A stretch of DNA of 64,000 bases, from assembly GCA_963803705.1 (NCBI GenBank), contig CAWDNU010000004.1:352001-416000 (forward strand), in the 5' to 3' direction. Origin of the DNA: an uncultured Pseudobdellovibrionaceae bacterium (GTDB lineage: Bacteria; Bdellovibrionota; Bdellovibrionia; Bdellovibrionales; UBA1609). The notes under the pieces are model-generated. The model was given only the letters and a program-made list of their open reading frames with translations, was not told where the DNA came from and made no database searches. A program made the position numbers and the translations under genes. Of the stretch, positions 19,075-27,898 are shown piece after piece (position 1 is the first letter of the stretch; each line of letters opens with the position of its first letter).

Positions 19075-19096
19075 TTTATACAGAATTTTGTATAAA
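19075..19096. promoter_or_regulatory. Palindromic operator upstream of the TA-like pair
   Basis: TTTATACA-GAATTT-TGTATAAA. Confidence 0.55.
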
Positions 19097-19144
19097 AAGT
19101 AAAGTCCAAAATAATGCCAATTTCTAATATAGCTCATTTAACCA

Positions 19145-19552
19145 GTGCTAGAGCCTTCGAAACAAGGTCTGCCTCAAAGCCGAAATAGAAATTTAATTGT
19201 TGCGCCTCTACTTGAGAGCACCATTTGTACGCTAAATTTCGTCATGAGCTTCAATATTTACATTTTCGCCAATGATCTAAAAGCTATAGTAGAGGACATA
19301 AATGCAGATTGTAGGTTTTTATATACTGGTTCGAGGTATATCACAGACCCTTATCCAACTAACAAAGAAAGCCCAATATCTTCGTGGTCTATACCCGTGG
19401 GTTGCGATGCCAAACCCGGTGACTCTGGCGCTCCAGTATTTAATAATAAAGGTAAAGTTTTAGGTATTTTGTGGGACGGAAAGTTGACTAAGCAGTTTGT
19501 TTCGTCAGAATCACTTATAAAGAGGATAAATTCAAAATCCATAGATTTATAG
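19145..19552 (+). pseudogene. C-terminal fragment of a trypsin-like serine protease
   Basis: CDAKPGDSGAPVFNNKGKVLGILW catalytic-Ser motif present. The His motif and signal peptide are absent. Confidence 0.65.
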
Positions 19553-19702
19553 CAAGATTTTAACTTTGTTGTCCCATCACTAAAGGGAAAAACCTTCAAA
19601 AAAATTTTATTGAATTTTTGAAAGTTCAATAAAATTTTTCGACTCACATCATTACCATTAATTTTACTTTGTACAATTAAGGTTCAAGTATAGGCTCTGT
19701 GC

Positions 19703-20548
19703 GTGGATATTTTTTTAGGACTTAAATTTTTTCTTATTTTTAGCTTAAGTTTGAGCTTAAATCTTTGTTTTGTTACGAAATCTAATGCTGCAGACGTCTT
19801 AAACCCACTCGTTTGCGCTAGCTCTGAAATCCCTTTCATAACATCACAATATATTTTTATCGGCGAAGATCATAGGGATTACAAATCTAAGCAATTTTTA
19901 ATCGACTATCTTCCAGTGTTTAAGTCCATGGGGTATAAATCGATCTTCGTCGAATACATTGAAAGTAAGGACCAACAAGTACTAAATCTATTTAACGAAA
20001 ATCCAATTCTAAATCGCGAAAAAGTATTTAGGACTTATGGTCTTCCCGGTGATTGGGGTTATGATCCCGAACCCTATCTTTTGCTCACGGATGCTATTGG
20101 GTATTATGGCATCGATATCTATGGATTAGACCGAAGATCAGATTTAAGGCTTAGAATAGATCCTGATATTAAAATGGCAATCCGAGACCAGCATATGTTT
20201 AAGATTGCTAACCAACATATCTTAAGAAATCCGAGCGAAAAAATAATCTTTTTAAATGGATCATCTCATTCATTCAAAAACACAAAATTACTAAAACCTA
20301 GTTTCTATGAACTTTTTAGAAAGTTCTATGTAAATCGGACCACTACGAATATAAAAATAGATTATTATACCCATGGCTCTTTAAGCCTTGAACGGTTGAT
20401 GGTTGTTGATAAGAGCAGCGCTAACGAATGTCCAAGTGATTATTTTCTATTTCAACCTAGTCAAAAAAGAGCCTTCGATTTCTACATTTTCGAAAACTCA
20501 AAAAAACTTCTACCTACGATTAACATACCTCATATATTTAGAATTTGA
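19703..20548 (+). CDS. Secreted ChaN/EreA/Tiki-superfamily-like protein
   Basis: FIGEDH, IFVEY, RDQHM and LNGSSH motifs. Signal peptide. Confidence 0.65.
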   Translation: MDIFLGLKFFLIFSLSLSLNLCFVTKSNAADVLNPLVCASSEIPFITSQYIFIGEDHRDYKSKQFLIDYLPVFKSMGYKSIFVEYIESKDQQVLNLFNENPILNREKVFRTYGLPGDWGYDPEPYLLLTDAIGYYGIDIYGLDRRSDLRLRIDPDIKMAIRDQHMFKIANQHILRNPSEKIIFLNGSSHSFKNTKLLKPSFYELFRKFYVNRTTTNIKIDYYTHGSLSLERLMVVDKSSANECPSDYFLFQPSQKRAFDFYIFENSKKLLPTINIPHIFRI

Positions 20549-20562
20549 ACTTAAATGGTTAA

Positions 20563-21153
20563 TTAATTTGTATTAGATGCTACAAACCTCCATGGCAAAA
20601 GTGCATCTTCACCGGCATAATCAATTCCAATTCTTGGAGTCACTTGAACTTTATAGCTAAGCTTTGTGTGTTCAAGCCATAAGTTTGAACTTTCGTATAA
20701 AAGTAGACCATTGTGTTGTTTATCAATACCGAAAGCCTGAGAAAATTTGCCTGGGCCATTGGTTAAATTTTTCATTCTATCTGTGGCAAACTTTCTTCGA
20801 GTCTGCATAGTTTTGATTCCAGTCTCAGGTATGACTGACCTAATTAAAATAGCCTTAGGATCATCTTTCGGCCCGACAATAATATTAAATAGATTGTGAA
20901 TGCCATAACATAAGTAAACATAGGCAAGGCCACCTGGTTGATAAAATATATGTGTCCTTTGAGTGTGCTTATTTAAATAAGCGTGACACGCCCTATCGCT
21001 TAGCCCACAGTAAGCTTCAGTCTCTGAAATTATACCGGAAACCAATTGACCGTTTATGTTCGATATTATTCTTAGGCCTATCATTTTTCGTGCAAGGCCG
21101 ACTACATCTGTGCTTTGATAAAAATTAAAGGCAATTTTTCGTGACTGATTCAT
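20563..21153 (-). CDS. mpg: DNA-3-methyladenine glycosylase (MPG/AAG family)
   Basis: ISETEAYCG..DRACHA, YVYLCYGIH, NGPGK, TPRIGIDYAGEDALLPWRF. Confidence 0.95.
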   Translation of the reverse strand: MNQSRKIAFNFYQSTDVVGLARKMIGLRIISNINGQLVSGIISETEAYCGLSDRACHAYLNKHTQRTHIFYQPGGLAYVYLCYGIHNLFNIIVGPKDDPKAILIRSVIPETGIKTMQTRRKFATDRMKNLTNGPGKFSQAFGIDKQHNGLLLYESSNLWLEHTKLSYKVQVTPRIGIDYAGEDALLPWRFVASNTN

Positions 21154-21267
21154 GCGGGAACAAAACTAAAACTTTAAAATCACACTTGCAAGGATTTTTG
21201 GCACCATAAATGTGCTTGAGTCTTTTTGATAATCGATTGAAAATCAAGTAATCTTCCAATCAAGGAG

Positions 21268-23403
21268 TTGCTGATGAGAATTCTATTTAGTGCTTTGTTT
21301 TTTTTTGTGGGTTTTAGCGTGAACGCGAAGATTAAAGATGTTAAGAAAGCAAAACAGCAGACATCACTTGAAAATCCACTACTAAAAGAGTGGATAGGTC
21401 CCTATGGCGGAACACCACCTTTTGATAAAGTTGAAATAAAACACTTTCGACCGGCACTTGATAAGGTCATAGCTCAGTTTTACATTGAATTAAAAAAAAT
21501 TAGTGATCTAAAAGCAACCCCAACTTTTGAAAATACAATTGAGGCTTTAGAAGTAATCAATCCAGCTGCTCAGCGCTTAATCCCAATCTATGGCGTATGG
21601 TCAGGAAATTTAAATACGTCTCAATTTCAAAAGATCCAATCCGAATACGCTCCTAAATTAGCCGCCCTAGGCGATGCTTTTGTTCAAGACTCGGCCCTGT
21701 TTAAAAGAATCGAATCTATTTACTTAAACCGGAGAAAATCAGGCTATAATCCTGAACAGATTCGACTTATCGAACTTCAGTACAAGAGCTTTATTAAAAA
21801 AGGAGCAAAGCTAAGTTCATCGAAAAAAAAGAAGGTTGCTGCGATTAACCAAAAACTTGCAACTTTATCTAACGATTTTTCCGATAAGATTCTAAAGGAT
21901 GAACAAGACCAATTTATATTAATAAAAAAGAATAAAGATTTAGCTGGTCTAACCCCGTCGCTAATTAACAGCTATGCTGCTGAAGCCAATCGAAGAGAGC
22001 ACAAAGGCTTTTGGGCAATCGCAAACACGCGGTCCTCAGCAGAGCCTTTTTTAACCTCTTCTTCAGTCAGACCTCTTCGAGAAAAAGTTTTTAAGATGTG
22101 GTCTTCTCGCGGTGATAGTGAAAAAAAGACCAATACCGATAAGCTAATTTCAAAAATAGTTAGGCTAAGGACCAAGCGCTCGAAAATCTTAGGGTTTCCC
22201 TCATACGCGCACTGGAGCCTGACAAATACAATGGCCAAAACCCCAGAGGCTACCTTAGACCTTATGATGAAGGTTTGGAAGCCTGCTTTGAAAAAAGCTA
22301 AGGAAGAGGTTAAAGATATGCAGGCTTTGGTGGATAAGAAAAAGGGTGGGTTTAAAATCAAGCCTTGGGATTATCGGTTTTACGCTGAGCAAGTACGAAA
22401 AGAAAAATTTGATCTGGATATCAACTCACTAAAACCTTATATGCAATTAGAAAATATTACCAAGGCTATGTTTTGGACTGCGAAAAAGCTTTTTGGTCTG
22501 CAATTTAAAAAAGTTGAGAACGTACCAGTCTTTCATCCGGAAGTTACAGTTTACAAGGTTTTAGACTCAAAAAATAAGTTTGTTGGGTTGTGGTATTTTG
22601 ATCCCTTTGCCAGAGCTGGTAAAAGATCTGGCGCATGGATGACTTCTTATCGTGATCAAAATGATATGGATAATAAAAGTATAGCTCCTTTAGTTTCTAA
22701 TAATTCTAATTTTATAAAAGGTAAAAAAGGAGAACCAGTCCTAATATCCTGGGACGACGCTGTAACCATGTTTCACGAATTTGGTCATGCTTTGCACGGA
22801 TTAAGTTCTAAAGTCACCTACCCGTCTTTGTCTGGTACAAATGTACTTTCAGATTATGCAGAATTTCCATCTCAAATTTTAGAAAACTTTTTATCTACGA
22901 AAGAGGTACTAAGATTTTTGGTAAATTCCAAGGGACAAAGAATCCCTAAAAAACTGTTAACTAAACTTCAGAAAGCTAAAACTTTCAATCAGGGGTTTTC
23001 AACTGTCGAGTTTCTAGCTTCAGCAATTGTGGATATGAAGCTGCACTTAGTAGCGGGTCGAAAAAATATTAATCCTAAGTCTTTTGAAAAAAAGATTTTA
23101 AATGAAATTGGTATGCCTTCTGAGATTGTAATGAGACACCGCCTACCCCACTTCAATCACTTATTTGCTGGTGAAGGCTATGCAGCCGGGTACTATGGAT
23201 ATCTTTGGGCGCAGGTGTTGGAAAAAGATGCTTTTGAAGCCTTTTCATCTGCAAAAAATACCTTCGACAAAAAAACGGCTAAAAGGCTTAAGGATTACAT
23301 TTTCTCAGCCGGAAATACCATTGACCCAAATGAGGCTTACCTTAAGTTTCGGGGACGGGATGCTAAGGTGGACGCCTTACTGCGTGCCAGAGGTTTTCTA
23401 TAG
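21268..23403 (+). CDS. dcp: M3-family metallopeptidase (peptidyl-dipeptidase Dcp-like), secreted
   Basis: NPLL...PPFDK, GKRSGAWM, FHEFGHALHG, DYAEFPSQ, HLFAGEGYAAGYYGYLW. Confidence 0.93.
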   Translation: MLMRILFSALFFFVGFSVNAKIKDVKKAKQQTSLENPLLKEWIGPYGGTPPFDKVEIKHFRPALDKVIAQFYIELKKISDLKATPTFENTIEALEVINPAAQRLIPIYGVWSGNLNTSQFQKIQSEYAPKLAALGDAFVQDSALFKRIESIYLNRRKSGYNPEQIRLIELQYKSFIKKGAKLSSSKKKKVAAINQKLATLSNDFSDKILKDEQDQFILIKKNKDLAGLTPSLINSYAAEANRREHKGFWAIANTRSSAEPFLTSSSVRPLREKVFKMWSSRGDSEKKTNTDKLISKIVRLRTKRSKILGFPSYAHWSLTNTMAKTPEATLDLMMKVWKPALKKAKEEVKDMQALVDKKKGGFKIKPWDYRFYAEQVRKEKFDLDINSLKPYMQLENITKAMFWTAKKLFGLQFKKVENVPVFHPEVTVYKVLDSKNKFVGLWYFDPFARAGKRSGAWMTSYRDQNDMDNKSIAPLVSNNSNFIKGKKGEPVLISWDDAVTMFHEFGHALHGLSSKVTYPSLSGTNVLSDYAEFPSQILENFLSTKEVLRFLVNSKGQRIPKKLLTKLQKAKTFNQGFSTVEFLASAIVDMKLHLVAGRKNINPKSFEKKILNEIGMPSEIVMRHRLPHFNHLFAGEGYAAGYYGYLWAQVLEKDAFEAFSSAKNTFDKKTAKRLKDYIFSAGNTIDPNEAYLKFRGRDAKVDALLRARGFL

Positions 23404-24873
23404 CCCGATGATAGAATAGGCTATAGTCCTTCGGTGGATATCTTCTACATATTTAACAGGCTCAACCAAATTCATCTCTAACAGGGCGTGCTCTACAGCA
23501 CCAAACCACAAGTTAGGATCTAGTCCAAGTTCTGATGCTTTTTTACGAGCCTGTTTAATTCGCCCAGGACCAGCGTTATATGCGGCAAGGGTAAGATGTA
23601 TCTGAGCTTGAGGCTCTATACTTTCGCTATCAAAATATGTTTTTTTGAGCCAACTTAAATATTTTACACCGGCTTGAATGTTTCCTTTAGAGTTCTGCTT
23701 TCCTTCAATATTTGATATCCCTACGTAAGGTTCACTTGCAACTTGCCTTTTGATTTGCATAACTCCAATGGCTCCCCACTTGTTCTTTATATTTTGTCGG
23801 AAACGCGACTCTTGATATGCAAGAGCTGCAAGAAGTCGCCAATCCCACCCATACTTTTTGCCGTACTTTTTAAACTCGTCATCGTAAGGCGAAATTCTGT
23901 TTTTCTCTTTAGAAAAATATCTAGTCTGTATCTGAGGAATATTCTTATAATACTTTTTTATATTCATATTTCCATACAGTGTCCCCTTGGCGTAGTTCAC
24001 CAAAAACATGTTTATCTCTTTTTTTAATGGATTAGATTTCTTTTGGATAGCCCAAGAAATAGGTTGGTTTCGAGTTAAAGCTAAGCTCTTATGTAAGTGA
24101 AGATTTCCAAAAACTTTTTGACCCACAAAAGCCAGGTGAGAATCAGCCACAGTAAATTCATATTTACCGAGCGAGACAAGCTCTAGGATAGTTTCCGTGT
24201 CCAAATTCTCATTGACTAGCTCAATAACTACAGGATTCATGCCTTTCGCTAAAAATTGAGCATTTAATTTTTTGATAGTCTGGAAATAGCTGCTGCTTTG
24301 GCGCAAATGTATAGTTTTACCTTGAAGGTCAGAGATTTTTTTAAGACTAATTTTTTTGTGGCTTACCACAATCTCGTCAGCAAGATTGTATGGGTCAGAA
24401 AAATCGACCACCTTTGATCTTTTCAAAGATCCAGTAGTTCCAGCTGCAATAATGTCGCCTTCACCACCACTGAGCTTTTTGAAAAGCTTATCGTACTTAG
24501 TAGGTATAATTTTTAACTTTACCTTTTCAGTTACTGTATTTAACTGATATTTCTTATTTATATGATCTACAAAGGCCTTCGCCATATCATATTCGTAGCC
24601 AGACTGCTTACCCTGGTAAATAAAGTAATTAAAGCTGCTTTCTGTTGTCAGAACTCTTAAGGTCTTCTTTTTTAGAATAGCTTTTAGAGTTCCCTTGTAG
24701 CTTGAACCCGAATACTTTCGAACTTCATACACTTGAAATAAAACTACCATTAACACAAATAAGGTTGCTATCAGAATAAGGCGTTCTTTATATCTATGAA
24801 GAAAATTTTTTTTATTGACCATTTTTTTAAAACCCTTTTGAATCCTCCATCTAAGGACCCAGTACATCTTCAA
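23398..24873 (-). CDS. mltF: MltF-like lytic transglycosylase (substrate-binding domain plus SLT)
   Basis: LRVLT...YFIYQG...GYEY, DWRLLAALAYQESRF, GAIGVMQI, LAAYNAGPG. Confidence 0.9.
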   Translation of the reverse strand: MKMYWVLRWRIQKGFKKMVNKKNFLHRYKERLILIATLFVLMVVLFQVYEVRKYSGSSYKGTLKAILKKKTLRVLTTESSFNYFIYQGKQSGYEYDMAKAFVDHINKKYQLNTVTEKVKLKIIPTKYDKLFKKLSGGEGDIIAAGTTGSLKRSKVVDFSDPYNLADEIVVSHKKISLKKISDLQGKTIHLRQSSSYFQTIKKLNAQFLAKGMNPVVIELVNENLDTETILELVSLGKYEFTVADSHLAFVGQKVFGNLHLHKSLALTRNQPISWAIQKKSNPLKKEINMFLVNYAKGTLYGNMNIKKYYKNIPQIQTRYFSKEKNRISPYDDEFKKYGKKYGWDWRLLAALAYQESRFRQNIKNKWGAIGVMQIKRQVASEPYVGISNIEGKQNSKGNIQAGVKYLSWLKKTYFDSESIEPQAQIHLTLAAYNAGPGRIKQARKKASELGLDPNLWFGAVEHALLEMNLVEPVKYVEDIHRRTIAYSIIGL

Positions 24874-25247
24874 TATTTTTGTAAAACGAAGGTACTATGT
24901 ACAAAGTACACAATCAAATGAACAAGACACAGCTTACATTCTTTACATGGATATCTGCTCTTGCCAGTTTTCAAAATTAGGGTCTGTTGACGCTACGATC
25001 TAATTAAGTAAATGGGTTCACTCAACAAGCCTTAGAATGCTGTATTAATGAAGCAGATTGTAGCTAGAGTCGTGCCCTTTAATCAGATTGATACGAATGG
25101 TTTTTTAGTGGACTTGCTTCGAGCGGTTTAGAGGTGGTCCGATTCAGCATAAAAGTTCACAGACGATTTTTTAATTTGGAATTTTATGATTTAATTTAAA
25201 CATTTTAAATCTTTGTGTTCATTGCGCTTTAAGAAGCCTGAAATTCT

Positions 25248-25496
25248 TTGGCTATAGTGATCATGAAAAAAGTTTCGCAAATGGATTTAGTGAGAATTGC
25301 GATTCGTGGAATTTTCAAGTCTTTAGATGATGAGAAAAGGTTGGAATGTCATTGTTCTTCAGATTTTGAAATTGAACAAAAGAAATCGAGTAGAATGATT
25401 GGATTAGATGGAGAGCTAAAGAAAATCAGCGCTCCTTTCCTAGTCAAAAGCATTCCAAAAGGCCTTAACTTGGTGGTGCCAGAAAGTGTTAAATAA
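25248..25496 (+). pseudogene. C-terminal fragment of a diacylglycerol-kinase-like (YegS/DAGK) lipid kinase
   Basis: IGLDGELKKISAPFLVKSIPKGLNLVVP is the typical C-terminus of the family. The N-terminal GGDG catalytic region is missing. It overlaps the metallophosphoesterase, a common pairing. Confidence 0.65.
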
Positions 25497-26340
25497 AACT
25501 GCTGAGGCTTGCAACTTTAAAGCAAATGTAAAGATTATTCAGATATCTGATCTTCACTTTGGCACGGTTTTACCAGAAGTCGAACGGGCGTTGAAGGTCG
25601 CAATAGAGAGTTTGCAAGCAGATATTTTGATTGTTTCTGGTGATATCACTCAAAGAGCTACAAGTTCGCAATTCCGTGCAGCCAAGATCTTTATCGAATC
25701 TTTGGATGTTAAACATAAATTGATTGTACCTGGAAATCACGACATATCATTATTTAAGTTATGGGAACGATTATTTTATCCGTACCGCAAATTTAAAGAA
25801 CATTTCGGCATTATGTTTCCCAGAACTCTTAATATCAGCAACGTATCTATCTGTGTTTTAAACTCGACCAATCCCTGGCGACATATACAAGGTGATTTCA
25901 GTTACGATAAGAGCCAGCTAACTAAGCTTTTTGATAAACAAGACTCTGCTTTTAGTCTGGTTGTTTTTCACCACCCAATGGATTGTCGTAAACCTATGGA
26001 CGAAAAAAATCTTTTGAAAGATAGAACATCCAGAGTTCACGATTTCCATAATGCTGGAATAGATTTAATATTGGGCGGGCATATTCATGATCCTCATGTA
26101 GCTCTATCAAATGATAGGTAACCAGAACTAAATAAAAATATTGTTATGGCAGTAGCGGGCACTGCCACTTCATGGCGGACAAGGTCTGTGCCGAACTCAT
26201 TTAATTTTATCGAAATTTCCAAAAGTGCAAATGATTTTTCACTAACTCGATTTGATCTCTCTACAGAATTTAGGTTTAAAGCGAATATGAAAAATTTATT
26301 TAATCGTGATAAGACCGGCAACTGGCGTGAAATCAAGTAA
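25486..26340 (+). pseudogene. Calcineurin-like metallophosphoesterase interrupted by an in-frame TAA
   Basis: SDLHFG, SGDITQ, PGNHD, FHHP and GHIH motifs. The ORFs 25486..26121 and 26146..26340 are in the same frame, separated by TAA at 26119-26121. Confidence 0.85.
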
Positions 26341-26379
26341 ATAACAGTTAACTTAAAGCTTTGATATTATAGCGTCCGG

Positions 26380-27891
26380 CTAAGTGAGTTTGAAGGGTGT
26401 AGAATTCTGAGGCTTAAATCCAAAGTACTCTGTGGGGACACCCATTAACCTAGCTAAAGACACAAATACATCACCTTGGGTTTGCATACTCACTAGACTT
26501 CCGCTTCTAGACCAACCTGAAGGTACTAAGTCCCCACCTCTGGTAAGGGTTTTAAGGTTAGTAGAAGTTCCGATTTTTTGCTCTCCCCTAATAATTCTTC
26601 CTGATCGGATGCCCTTTCCCCTACCACCGATAAGTATTATTGGCTTTCTTCGACGATCGTGATTTCCTGTAGAAATTTCGCCTGTGAGCATGATGCAGGT
26701 GTTTTCGAGCAAAGGCTGGCCATCAGCATCATTCGTTGTAGCCAAGTCTTGTACAAACCTGCCGATAGCATCAAAAAACATTTTATTTGAACCCTTCATG
26801 CAAAGCATTGGGTTGATGTCGCCTCTGTCTAATCCCCACTTGTAGTGCGAGACCAAGTGATGAAAATTATTGTCTGCAGGGCTGCTGCCCGTGGCTGTCC
26901 AAGATTGGTTTATTAAATCCATACCAGTGTGGTTTGTCCCACTTTTGTCTGTCCACTTTAACACCGAAACAGGTAAGTCCCCTGTCGTCTCCATAACGCC
27001 TATACGGTGAGTATCAGCTAAAAATGCTAACTTCATCATTTGAAGAGAGTATTCTAATCGAGCAATTGGATTGCCCAAATCTCCAGAAAATTTTCCAGGA
27101 TCAGAAATCGCTTTAAGAACTGATTTGATTTGATCATTAGCTGGATCAGCTTGCTGAATCGATTTTTCGAAATTAAAAATTTTTGAACGCTCAGTACCTT
27201 CTCGAGTGATTAATCGTTTGAGGATATTTACGTCTTGACCCAACAATTTGAACACTTCAGCATTAATTTGTTTTGCCTTTAAATCATCGGGATTTCCACC
27301 CGCTTGAAAATTTAAAATTGGAGTGATTAGTTCTTTATATAGTTGTTCTAAGTTTCGGGCTTCTATTGGTCGAATTGCTGTTCCGCGATCATCGAAACAA
27401 AGTGGATGTCTTCCGGTTGTGTTAGCGATACGAGCCACTCGTGCATCTAACTTTTTACCAAGATACCAATCAAATGATTCACTTAAGGGTGAATTGAATA
27501 GCAGCTCAGCTGAAGACATTTCATTTTCCACACAAGCGTTCGTTAGAATGTTTGCATATGAGTGATCATGAGCATTTCCCCAATTGGTTCCTCGCAAATT
27601 TTCTATAATTGTAACGTGCTCTTTATAGGGGTTCAAAGATGACATATAATCCGGCAATCGAAACCCTAAAGAAGCGCCCGCGTCGACTGTTGCTATTTCA
27701 TCCTCGTTATCTTGCCTAATTGTCCAACCAAAGTACTTGGACACAATCAGTAGACGCATAGGTGTAGCTCCGCTAGCGGCGAAAGTTCGATAAATAGGTA
27801 AGGATCCAGCTAGGAATGCCCCGGCAGAAGCCGTTGAAGTCATTTTCAGGAAGTCTCTTCGATTTAACTTTTTAAAATCCATCGTAATCAC
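26380..27891 (-). CDS. DUF1552-family protein with Tat signal
   Basis: LNRRDFLK twin-arginine motif, NFHHLVSHY, DADGQPLLENTCIMLTGEI..GNHD, GIRSGRII. Directly downstream of a DUF1592-type gene. Confidence 0.85.
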   Translation of the reverse strand: MITMDFKKLNRRDFLKMTSTASAGAFLAGSLPIYRTFAASGATPMRLLIVSKYFGWTIRQDNEDEIATVDAGASLGFRLPDYMSSLNPYKEHVTIIENLRGTNWGNAHDHSYANILTNACVENEMSSAELLFNSPLSESFDWYLGKKLDARVARIANTTGRHPLCFDDRGTAIRPIEARNLEQLYKELITPILNFQAGGNPDDLKAKQINAEVFKLLGQDVNILKRLITREGTERSKIFNFEKSIQQADPANDQIKSVLKAISDPGKFSGDLGNPIARLEYSLQMMKLAFLADTHRIGVMETTGDLPVSVLKWTDKSGTNHTGMDLINQSWTATGSSPADNNFHHLVSHYKWGLDRGDINPMLCMKGSNKMFFDAIGRFVQDLATTNDADGQPLLENTCIMLTGEISTGNHDRRRKPIILIGGRGKGIRSGRIIRGEQKIGTSTNLKTLTRGGDLVPSGWSRSGSLVSMQTQGDVFVSLARLMGVPTEYFGFKPQNSTPFKLT

Positions 27892-27898
27892 ACCTTTT

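Noticed and set aside
1..19600. Prophage or intact ICE
   Set aside because: No integrase, terminase, capsid, relaxase or VirB4-like ATPase is recognisable within the window.
19027..26121. Stop-codon reassignment (TAA read-through) to explain the two in-frame stops
   Set aside because: TAA terminates many intact conserved genes here (for example pyrC and betT), so the standard code applies.
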